64,000 bases of DNA from a virus. Each line of letters starts with the position of its first letter. The stretch's first letter is position 1. A program made the position numbers and the translations under genes. Shown here one piece after another: positions 27,495 through 36,600 of this stretch. Under the pieces are notes generated by a model that saw nothing but the letters and a program-made list of their open reading frames with translations, was not told the DNA's origin and did no database searches. The DNA is taken from IMG/VR virus record IMGVR_UViG_3300032116_000013, positions 96,001 through 160,000 of that record; one strand, given 5' to 3'.

Positions 27495-30400
27495 TGTTTG
27501 CAAATAATAATATTACAGCAATTGTTGAGGCTCAACTGCCTGATTTTATCAGAGCAGATCACCCTGAATTCGTGACATTTATAAAGAAATATTATGAGTA
27601 TCTAGAACAGGAAGATAAAGCAGTATATACAAATAGAAATTTGTATGATTATGCTGACTTAGATACTACTAGAGCAGATCTACTAACATATTTTAAACAA
27701 AAAATAATACCAGATTTTCCAGAAAAATCCGAATTATCTAAAGAAAAGATAATTAAATCAGCAAGAGAATTTTATGCTAAAAAAGGAACTGCTGATTCTT
27801 TTAAATTTCTCTTTAGAGTTTTGTATGGTGAGGATATTGATGTCTATTTTCCTAAAGAAGATATTTTAAGAGCCTCAGATGGTAAGTGGAAATTGCCACA
27901 GGCTCTTAGAATTGCACTAACTGATAAAATTACTCTAATCCCTTCTGCGAATGTAAACGTATTTGTATCAACAGCAAATACGGTAAGAGCAAATGGATTT
28001 AATTTAATTAGTTCTGGTGTGGTTGCCAATTCATATATTAGAATTGGCGGTCAAAAGAGAAAAGTTTTGACTGTAAACAGCCTTGGAGATTTCGCTAACA
28101 CTGAAGTCCCATTTATTAACGCTAACTCAGAACCAACTCAAATATTTAATTCTTTTAGTATCTATAAAGTAGAATTAAATGAATATGATTCTTTAGACTT
28201 TAATCTATTAGAAAGAAGATTAGGTGTAGGCGAAACCTCTAAAACCACATGCGTCATAGAAAATGCAGTTAAGACTGTAGATAAAGATACTGGTAGAGAA
28301 TTCGTAGAATTATATGTCTCGAATGTTAAGAAACCATTTACCACAAACGAAAATATTATTGTAAAGTATGTCGACAATGGGACTGAGAAAACATTTAAAT
28401 CTAAAATTGTTTCTCTAATTTCTAACTTGACTCTATCTAGAAATAGATTTGGTCAAGTTCAATCAGGAAAGAGTTATAATATTGGAGACCCAGTTGTTTT
28501 CTATAAGGGATTGAATGAAGATTCTCCTGATGCCGTTTCAGCAGTTGCTACTGTAAAAGAAGTGAGTATCGGTGATATTGAATATGTTACCTTAGTTAAG
28601 GGTGGTTATCTTTTCAGAGATTCTCCTAATTCAATTGTAAACGTAAGTTCAACAACAGGTATTGGCGCTAATGTTTTAATTGATGCTATTTGGGAAACTA
28701 CTGGCAATTCTGAGTTGTTTACATTTAATACTGATGCCTTGTTTTATAAACGCAATACTTTACTGAATGATTCCATTAGCGGATATTCATTCGAAAATGT
28801 TGCAACTGATATTAATTTTACAACTGGTTCTGGACATACTGTAAGTACAGTAAATCTATACAGCACAACATATAATCCAAGTTCTATAGATAATTACTAT
28901 CAGTCATTTGTACTAAAGGTTATTGGTGGTACAGGTGCTGCTGCATCTCCTAATTCTGCAGTAATTTCTAGTTATAATGGAACTACTAAAATAGCAACAT
29001 TAGAATCTCCATTGGGAGTAACACCATCAGGAACTAGTCAACTTAGATTATTTGCTAACGCCAACACTCAAATCGGTAGAGCATTATCATTCGAGACTAT
29101 GAGGCTTGGAACTATCCGTTTTATCACTCTTCCAGAAAGAGGATCATTTTTTAATTCTCCTCCTACATTTGATGCAATATCAGTATATGAGTCAGACTAT
29201 TCTATAGATTCTGGTTTCTTTACTATTCCTTCTGGACAATTTTTAGAATACAACAAAACAAATAAAACTATAAAGTTGAATCCTAATAATCCAAGTTACA
29301 GCACACAAAGCGGATATTATACTGGTGCAAGATTATTCGTTGACGTAGGTAAGACTGCACATTATGCTAATATTATTGATTATGTGGTTCAAGATCCAAA
29401 CTTACCAACTATGACTAAAACATTGTATTTGGACAGACTATTTGACAGTAACATAGACGCAGCGACAATTTTAAACATGACTCTGTTGATAGATTTTAGA
29501 CCAGATGTTAGAGGTACTGGTAAAATTGGCGCAGTTGAAGTTTTGAATCAAGGTTCTAACTATTCATCAACAGATAAAATTCAATTTATCGGAACTGGTT
29601 ATGGTGGAACTGCAACTCCAGTTATACAAAACGGAAAAATAACTGCGGTCAATATAACTAACCGAGGCGAAGGTTATTTTAAACCACCATCAATAACAAT
29701 CACTAATTCTACTGGCGGTCAATCTACTGGATCTGGAGCCACTTTTAATATTTACACGTTGAGCGACGGAGAACTATTTACAGCAACTGTAAACGATATT
29801 GGCGCAATCCAATCTTTCGATATTAAAAATAGAGGATTTGATTATGAATCTAACCCTCAAGTATCATTAAAGATTATTGATATAGCAGTCCAAGGACTAC
29901 TTCCTGACGCAACTATTATGAGCGGAGATAGCGTCTGGCAAGGTCCAGGTTCAACTAATGCTGATGCTATATTCAGTGGAGTAGTTGATGGCGCACACAG
30001 AGATGTATCTAACACTATTATTAGAGTGTTTGACTACAATGGCACTCTGCTGGCTCCAGGAACAATTAAAATCAATACTGCATCGCAAAATATTACAGCG
30101 ACTATTTCTACTGCAACTGAATCTATTTCTTACAAGGGAATAAATGAAGCCAAACCTAGAGCATATCCATACATTTATGGTAATGGTAAGGCTAAAGCCA
30201 ATGCAGAATTTTTAAGTGGATTGATCAAATACAATGGATTCTATTTGAATACTGATGGACATATAAGTTCAGATAAAAAAATACAAAACAAAGACTATTA
30301 TCACAATTACTCATATGAAATTCAGTCTGAAGTTCCTCTATCAGATTATAAAGAAACAATGTACAGAGTAGCACACCCCGCTGGTATGCAACTACTCTCA

Positions 30401-30940
30401 AAATACTTGATTAAAGGTGATTTGAATGAAACAATCAGAGTCGCAACCTCAAACGTCTTTACAGTTAACACCAATGCATCCACAAACGCTAACACAAGTT
30501 TTGCTAGCAATGTCGTATATGGTAATGGTTCCAACTGGCTCACCACAGTCAATGTTGGTGATATTCTAATCATAAATAGTGGTGCCCAATATGATGGATT
30601 AAAGTATTCTAGAGTCGTTTCGCAAATTATTAATAACGATGAACTTCGCCTAGAATCTCCTATTGGTGGAGTCGGTGATGGAAGAATTTCAACAAATACT
30701 GGTTCTGCGGTTGGTCAATTGATTAACAACACATATCCTATAAACACAATATTGAGTATAAATGACGCTATAAGATTTAACATTGGTGCAACGCAGTTTG
30801 ATAGAACTATCCTTGGAATCGCTCAAAATAATTTAACATTTAATTCAGCAGTTACACAAACTGGAAATGTTGTTTACGCTAAAATACCACAACTAAACGT
30901 AGTAGATTATGAGATTATCTCTTTTAGAGGGGCAGGTTGA
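27494..30940 (+). CDS. 7: Baseplate wedge initiator gp7-like
   Basis: QLPDFIRADHPEFV.FIKKYYEYLE, KGT..SFKFLFR.LYGE, YYHNYSYEIQS and HPAG. Confidence 0.8.
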   Translation: MFANNNITAIVEAQLPDFIRADHPEFVTFIKKYYEYLEQEDKAVYTNRNLYDYADLDTTRADLLTYFKQKIIPDFPEKSELSKEKIIKSAREFYAKKGTADSFKFLFRVLYGEDIDVYFPKEDILRASDGKWKLPQALRIALTDKITLIPSANVNVFVSTANTVRANGFNLISSGVVANSYIRIGGQKRKVLTVNSLGDFANTEVPFINANSEPTQIFNSFSIYKVELNEYDSLDFNLLERRLGVGETSKTTCVIENAVKTVDKDTGREFVELYVSNVKKPFTTNENIIVKYVDNGTEKTFKSKIVSLISNLTLSRNRFGQVQSGKSYNIGDPVVFYKGLNEDSPDAVSAVATVKEVSIGDIEYVTLVKGGYLFRDSPNSIVNVSSTTGIGANVLIDAIWETTGNSELFTFNTDALFYKRNTLLNDSISGYSFENVATDINFTTGSGHTVSTVNLYSTTYNPSSIDNYYQSFVLKVIGGTGAAASPNSAVISSYNGTTKIATLESPLGVTPSGTSQLRLFANANTQIGRALSFETMRLGTIRFITLPERGSFFNSPPTFDAISVYESDYSIDSGFFTIPSGQFLEYNKTNKTIKLNPNNPSYSTQSGYYTGARLFVDVGKTAHYANIIDYVVQDPNLPTMTKTLYLDRLFDSNIDAATILNMTLLIDFRPDVRGTGKIGAVEVLNQGSNYSSTDKIQFIGTGYGGTATPVIQNGKITAVNITNRGEGYFKPPSITITNSTGGQSTGSGATFNIYTLSDGELFTATVNDIGAIQSFDIKNRGFDYESNPQVSLKIIDIAVQGLLPDATIMSGDSVWQGPGSTNADAIFSGVVDGAHRDVSNTIIRVFDYNGTLLAPGTIKINTASQNITATISTATESISYKGINEAKPRAYPYIYGNGKAKANAEFLSGLIKYNGFYLNTDGHISSDKKIQNKDYYHNYSYEIQSEVPLSDYKETMYRVAHPAGMQLLSKYLIKGDLNETIRVATSNVFTVNTNASTNANTSFASNVVYGNGSNWLTTVNVGDILIINSGAQYDGLKYSRVVSQIINNDELRLESPIGGVGDGRISTNTGSAVGQLINNTYPINTILSINDAIRFNIGATQFDRTILGIAQNNLTFNSAVTQTGNVVYAKIPQLNVVDYEIISFRGAG

Positions 30941-30943
30941 CAA

Positions 30944-32578
30944 ATGGCAGCAATTATAACTAGAGATTTTAACATAAAGTGTGCAGAGAATTTCGAAGAT
31001 TCTGCCGATTCTTTGTATGTACTGTTAGGTAAGGCTAATTCTTGGCCAACAGTTGCTGGAGTCCCAGATTCTCCTGAGGCTCCATATGATACTACAGACT
31101 ACAAAAATACTATTTTTAGAAACGGCTTCATACTCAAAAAGGTATTATCGAGCGACATTCAGGCAGTTATTCCTAGAGTAGACTGGACTTCTGGGACTGT
31201 ATACACACAGTACACTGAAACAGCAAATCTGTATATTAAAGTTTCCGAGACTGCTGTTGCAGGAGGAAATGTTAATGTAAAGACTGGTCTAGCCAATACT
31301 GTAAATGCAAATGCAATTAACTTTTTGACGAGCAATCCAGTTATAAACTCTGGAGATTTTATCAAAATTAAGGGTGAACTGAAGGAAGTTGTGAGAGTTA
31401 ATACTGCAGGCGATTTCATTCAAGTAAATTCCAATTTTGCCATTGCTGCATCACAGGACGTATTGGCTCAAACGATCTATAAAATTGTAAATACTAGTCC
31501 GCAATATGCAAATAAATTCTATGTTAGAAATTCAGAAGATCAAGTCTTTAAGTGTTTATACAATAATAATTCTGCTGTTTCTACTGTAAAACCTGAAATT
31601 ACTATTGGCGGGCAGTTACCAGAAAATCCATTTATCGAAACTAGCGACGGATATAAGTGGAAATACATGTACACAATCCCAACTGGATTGAAAAATAGAT
31701 TCTTCAATTCTAAATATATGCCAGTTATTAATGATAATCTAGTTTTTGCTAATAGAAAGGCTGGTAGAATAGACATTATAGACATAATTTCAGGCGGAAC
31801 TGGATATTTTAATGGTTCTACTCAGAGCAATTACCCTATCGTAACTATTATAGGCGATGGCACAGGCGCAACTGCAACAGTAAATGTCGTTCAAGGTGTA
31901 ATCACTAAAGTTAACATTACAAATGGTGGTCAAGATTATACTTGGGCATCGGTTGTAATCAGCGACAGTATTCAAACGCAAACAGGGACTGCTGCTACTC
32001 TAAAACCAATAATTAGCCCTCTATATGGGCATGGTTCTAATTCTATGAGGGAACTCGGTTCTTCAGATAGAATGGTTTCAGTGGACTTTCAAGGTAGCGT
32101 AAATGGGAATCTACCTGTAGTAGATTCTGCAACTGGGACTAAAGTTACAGAATACAGACAAGTTTCTTTGGTGAGAAACCCTAGATTGACTAATAACGAA
32201 GTCGCAACTAGTGCAGTTATACCTACCTATACCAGAATATATGTTGAGTCTCCTGCAGCCCCTGGATTCGCCAACGATCAGATCGTTTATGTGTCAAGTA
32301 CAGGTAACTATGTTGACGCGACATTTACTGCGAATGTACTATATTTTGACGAGGTTCAGTCTGTGGTTTATGTGAATAATATCTCTGGAAATTCTGCTGC
32401 AATAGTCTCTGAAGTGCTAAGACAGAAGGATACTCCAAGTATTTTTGGTCAAATTTTCTCAGTAACCCAACCTGATATAAATATTTTTTCAGGTGAAATA
32501 TTATATGCTGAAAATAGACAAAAAGTAATAAGAATGGCAAATCAAACAGATTCCGTAAAACTTGTTCTGGAATTTTAA
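30944..32578 (+). CDS. 8: Baseplate wedge subunit gp8
   Basis: VIPRVDWTSGTVY, FYVRNSEDQVFKCLYNN, DGYKWKYMYTI and ILYAENR. Confidence 0.88.
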   Translation: MAAIITRDFNIKCAENFEDSADSLYVLLGKANSWPTVAGVPDSPEAPYDTTDYKNTIFRNGFILKKVLSSDIQAVIPRVDWTSGTVYTQYTETANLYIKVSETAVAGGNVNVKTGLANTVNANAINFLTSNPVINSGDFIKIKGELKEVVRVNTAGDFIQVNSNFAIAASQDVLAQTIYKIVNTSPQYANKFYVRNSEDQVFKCLYNNNSAVSTVKPEITIGGQLPENPFIETSDGYKWKYMYTIPTGLKNRFFNSKYMPVINDNLVFANRKAGRIDIIDIISGGTGYFNGSTQSNYPIVTIIGDGTGATATVNVVQGVITKVNITNGGQDYTWASVVISDSIQTQTGTAATLKPIISPLYGHGSNSMRELGSSDRMVSVDFQGSVNGNLPVVDSATGTKVTEYRQVSLVRNPRLTNNEVATSAVIPTYTRIYVESPAAPGFANDQIVYVSSTGNYVDATFTANVLYFDEVQSVVYVNNISGNSAAIVSEVLRQKDTPSIFGQIFSVTQPDINIFSGEILYAENRQKVIRMANQTDSVKLVLEF

Positions 32579-32589
32579 AGGTAAACTAA

Positions 32590-35500
32590 ATGACAGATTT
32601 TAATGCAGAGCCATATTGGGATGATTTTGAGGCGACCAATGGTGCGCTAGAGAAGAACTATATGCGTATCCTTTTTCGTCCTGGATATGCAGTTCAGGCT
32701 CGCGAATTAACTCAGATACAGTCTATTATTCAAAATCAAATTAAACAGTTTGGTAATCATATTTTTCAAGATGGTTCTCCAGTAACTGGCGGTCATCTAA
32801 CTTTAGACACGTCTGTAATATATGTAAAACTTGACAAACAATACAATGGAAAAGATATTGATGTTGACAATTTTTATGGATTAACTGTTTTCAATTCCCT
32901 CGTCCCTAGAACAAGAGCCAGAGTTATTCAGACTTATTCTGATGGTGACGACAGAGCCATATTGATAAAATATCTAAGAGGTAGCGTTTTCGGGTCAGGG
33001 CAAACTCTATTTACTGCTGGGAATGTAGAAACTGGTAATGTGGCTATTAGCAACTTTACTGGAACTGGATCTGTAGTTTCTATTAACCAAGGTATTTTCT
33101 ACGTTGGTGGATACTTTGTAAACGTAGCACCACAAACTATAGTTCTTGACCCTTACAGTTCAACTCCAACATATCGTATTGGATTAGAAATTGACGATAG
33201 TGTAGTAACAGAAAGCGAAGATAGTGCTCTATTAGATCCAGCACAAGAATCATTCAACTACCAAGCCCCAGGCGCACATAGATATAAATTTAATCTAGTT
33301 TTGGCTAAAAGAACTATAACTTCTGTAGATGACAGTAGATTTTTTGAATTGCTTCGTGTTGAAAACGGTGTAATCACAAAACAAGTCAGTTATCCGATTT
33401 ATTCTGAGTTAGAAAAAACTCTTGCACGTAGAACATACGACGAATCTGGCAACTATGCAACTAAGCCATTTAGAATTAATCTAAGCGCAAATAATGTTCC
33501 TGGACTTCCAGAAAATACTGAAACATTTATGATTAACATTGAGCCAGGAAAGGCTTATGTTAAGGGGTTCGAGTTTGAAACTGTAGGAACGACTAAAATT
33601 TCTGCCAGAAGAGCCAGAGATTATAAGTCAAGTAACACATACAATCTATCAGTTTATTATGGCAATAAACTTGATATTACTGACGTAGATTCTGGCACAT
33701 CAGGTTTTCCGTTCAGCAAAGATTTAAGGCAAGTAGATGTTCACTGCGCGAATAAAAATGCAGTAAGTTTAGATGGTGATTCTAGAACATACTATGCAAC
33801 TAGAATTGGTACTGCTAGAATTAGAAATTTTGATTACTCTGGTAGCGCAAACGTATACTCAACTTATTTGACTGATATTAATTTTACTCCAATTATCGGT
33901 CACGCTAAAAAGAATTCTAATTATCTAGATGAAATCTATCTACCACTATATTTTTCTAACAGCACAGGCTCGTATGTTGATGGTATACTTACAATTTTAA
34001 CTGGCAACGCAAAGGGTTCTAGCGCAGTAATAACTCGCTATGATGGAACTGGTCAAGTTGCAGGACTCAGCACTAAACTCTCAGCAGTCGTCCAACAGGG
34101 CGATATGTTTTCAATATCACTACCAATGAGTTCTGCTGAGTCATTAGTTGTACCAAATTCAACAACTTTTGCTGCTGCAGCAGGTCTAAAGGCTAATGTT
34201 GCTCGATCAAGTATTGATCAAACTGAAAGAACTTTCTTGCAAGATACAACCTTTAACAAAAATATTTTTGAATTGCCTAACTATTATATCAGATACGACA
34301 GCGATAAGAATGTAAATCTACACAGAAGATTGACTAGAAGAGTTTCTTTTGGTGGGGGAAATGGTTCTTATGTATTTGGTCTAGCAGGTCCAGAACAAGG
34401 AATATTCGATTTTGGAACTGAAGGTCAAAACGTATCTGCAGCAGAAATTTTAGAAAATATTATTGTAATACCTCTTGCTGGATCTAATGCTGGTAAACCG
34501 CTAGATTTAACTGCGCCAGGTAGAAGTGTATTCAAAGATACTAATAATCAAATTACTATCTTCACCAACAGTGGCTCTGGTGCACTATTTGACGCAGATG
34601 TTTATGTGACAGTAAAACTACAATCAGTCTCAAATACAAAAAGAACCAAGACTTTAATTAAATCTAATAATACACTAACAGCAGGTGATACTGCTGCAGG
34701 CGGAAGTGCATTACTAGGAAACTTTAACGTAAGAGTTAATTCAGCCAATGGTATTGCTTGGTATAAAACATCTGACGTAATTAATAAACTCCCAGGCGAA
34801 AAACAATCTCTGTATGTTTCTGATGTAATTAAAGTCAGCAAAGTTTATGACTCAGGAAGTTTAACTGTAGAGCCTACTTCTGCATCACTAGACATTACAG
34901 ATCGTTATATTTTAGATAGCGGTCAAAATGATAATTATTATGATCATGCTTCTATCATTTTAAAACCAGGTGCTCAGCCACCAAGTGGTCAGACCGCAGT
35001 TTTATTTGATTATTTCACTCACACTGGTATAGGTCATCTTTCAGCCAAATCTTATGCTGAGACAATGTACAACAATGAACAAATACCTCTATACAAGAGC
35101 GAAGGTGGAAAGATCTATAATCTAAGAGATTGTATTGATCTTCGTCCTATAAGATTACCAGGAACTTCTGTCTTATCAACGTCAAAAACACAATTAACAC
35201 CAAGAGTTAATGTTGTTTCAGGTGGAGTGATCGTTCAGGCTAATACGTCATTGTTATCTAATAATATTACTCCGCCTATAACAACTGGTAGTGTTATTGA
35301 AGTTAATGGTCAAATTAGAAAAGTTTCTAATGTAAATAATAGTCAGGCTGTAACTGTTTCGACTGCATTTACATCCACCTCAACTAATACTGGAATATTT
35401 GTTGTATCTGAAAATAAAATTTTTAATGAGTCATATATTCAAAAGCCAACTGATCCATTCGAGTTAGACTATGATTATTATCTACCTAGAATTGATAAAG

Positions 35501-36579
35501 TTATAGTTACAAAGGATAAAGAATTTAAAGTATTGACTGGCGTTCCTTCTTTGGCACCTCAAGAGCCAATCGAAAACGAAAACGCCATGGCGATCTATAG
35601 ATTGAATATCCCTGCATTTACTTCATCTGTACAATCAATAGGACTAGAGTATATCGACAACAGAAGATATACCATGAAGGATATTGCTGCTATAGATCAA
35701 AGATTGAATGATCTAGAAGAATTTGTTCGATTGAAGGAATCTGAAAAGGATATTATTAATAATCCTCCAAAATCCCCTTCAACTCCACAAATTAACAAGC
35801 CAATTTATGGAACTCTTGTAGACGAATTTAATGATCTAACTGTTGCTGACGTAAACAACGATTTTGCAAGTTCAATTGAAAATGGTAAACTAACTTGCTA
35901 TAAGAAATTAGATTCTTTCCAAATTATTCCAATGTATGATCCAGATTATGCTTATATTTTGTCTGAACCAGCAATTAAAGACAAATTTATTAATCTACCA
36001 TACAGCGAAGTTCCTGCAGTAACTCAAAAGAACTACACTGCTGACGGGACTGAAAAAGTACAAACTGCAATTATTGGTAAATTTGAGGGATTTGTAACGC
36101 TAACTCCAGAAAGCGATTACTTCTACTCTCAAGAGCATCAACCACTCGTAACTGACAGCATCGGAAGATTCTATGAGATTAAACAAGACGCAGTTCCTTC
36201 TGATCCAGCACTAACTGATGCATTCATTCAAAGCATCGGTGGAAATCAGTACAATACATTTAATTATAATAATTCATTAATAGTTGGAAGTAATCAACCT
36301 GCTGGTGCTGGTGGAAGTGTAATTTATGCACCTAACTATACAACCAATCCTAATCTATATGAGCCTACAATTACAACTCCAATTAAGATTTCGTTCGCTG
36401 GAGTTGCTGTGGGAACATTCTTAAATAAGGAATGGACTGGACAAAATTATGCTGATTCTATTGGCAACAATCCAAATATATTTGCTCCTGGCTGGATTGA
36501 TAATGGGTACATATCTGCTGGTACTATTGGATCTGGTCTCGGTGGATCGTTTGATTCTGGATTATATAATTTAAAATAG
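32590..36579 (+). CDS. Large virion structural protein (DUF4815/VrlC-like, N-terminal part)
   Basis: PYWDDF, ILFRPGYAVQARELTQIQS, LARRTYDESGNY, GKAYVKG and YYLPRIDK. Confidence 0.8.
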   Translation: MTDFNAEPYWDDFEATNGALEKNYMRILFRPGYAVQARELTQIQSIIQNQIKQFGNHIFQDGSPVTGGHLTLDTSVIYVKLDKQYNGKDIDVDNFYGLTVFNSLVPRTRARVIQTYSDGDDRAILIKYLRGSVFGSGQTLFTAGNVETGNVAISNFTGTGSVVSINQGIFYVGGYFVNVAPQTIVLDPYSSTPTYRIGLEIDDSVVTESEDSALLDPAQESFNYQAPGAHRYKFNLVLAKRTITSVDDSRFFELLRVENGVITKQVSYPIYSELEKTLARRTYDESGNYATKPFRINLSANNVPGLPENTETFMINIEPGKAYVKGFEFETVGTTKISARRARDYKSSNTYNLSVYYGNKLDITDVDSGTSGFPFSKDLRQVDVHCANKNAVSLDGDSRTYYATRIGTARIRNFDYSGSANVYSTYLTDINFTPIIGHAKKNSNYLDEIYLPLYFSNSTGSYVDGILTILTGNAKGSSAVITRYDGTGQVAGLSTKLSAVVQQGDMFSISLPMSSAESLVVPNSTTFAAAAGLKANVARSSIDQTERTFLQDTTFNKNIFELPNYYIRYDSDKNVNLHRRLTRRVSFGGGNGSYVFGLAGPEQGIFDFGTEGQNVSAAEILENIIVIPLAGSNAGKPLDLTAPGRSVFKDTNNQITIFTNSGSGALFDADVYVTVKLQSVSNTKRTKTLIKSNNTLTAGDTAAGGSALLGNFNVRVNSANGIAWYKTSDVINKLPGEKQSLYVSDVIKVSKVYDSGSLTVEPTSASLDITDRYILDSGQNDNYYDHASIILKPGAQPPSGQTAVLFDYFTHTGIGHLSAKSYAETMYNNEQIPLYKSEGGKIYNLRDCIDLRPIRLPGTSVLSTSKTQLTPRVNVVSGGVIVQANTSLLSNNITPPITTGSVIEVNGQIRKVSNVNNSQAVTVSTAFTSTSTNTGIFVVSENKIFNESYIQKPTDPFELDYDYYLPRIDKVIVTKDKEFKVLTGVPSLAPQEPIENENAMAIYRLNIPAFTSSVQSIGLEYIDNRRYTMKDIAAIDQRLNDLEEFVRLKESEKDIINNPPKSPSTPQINKPIYGTLVDEFNDLTVADVNNDFASSIENGKLTCYKKLDSFQIIPMYDPDYAYILSEPAIKDKFINLPYSEVPAVTQKNYTADGTEKVQTAIIGKFEGFVTLTPESDYFYSQEHQPLVTDSIGRFYEIKQDAVPSDPALTDAFIQSIGGNQYNTFNYNNSLIVGSNQPAGAGGSVIYAPNYTTNPNLYEPTITTPIKISFAGVAVGTFLNKEWTGQNYADSIGNNPNIFAPGWIDNGYISAGTIGSGLGGSFDSGLYNLK

Positions 36580-36600
36580 TAAATTTAAGAGGAAAATAAC

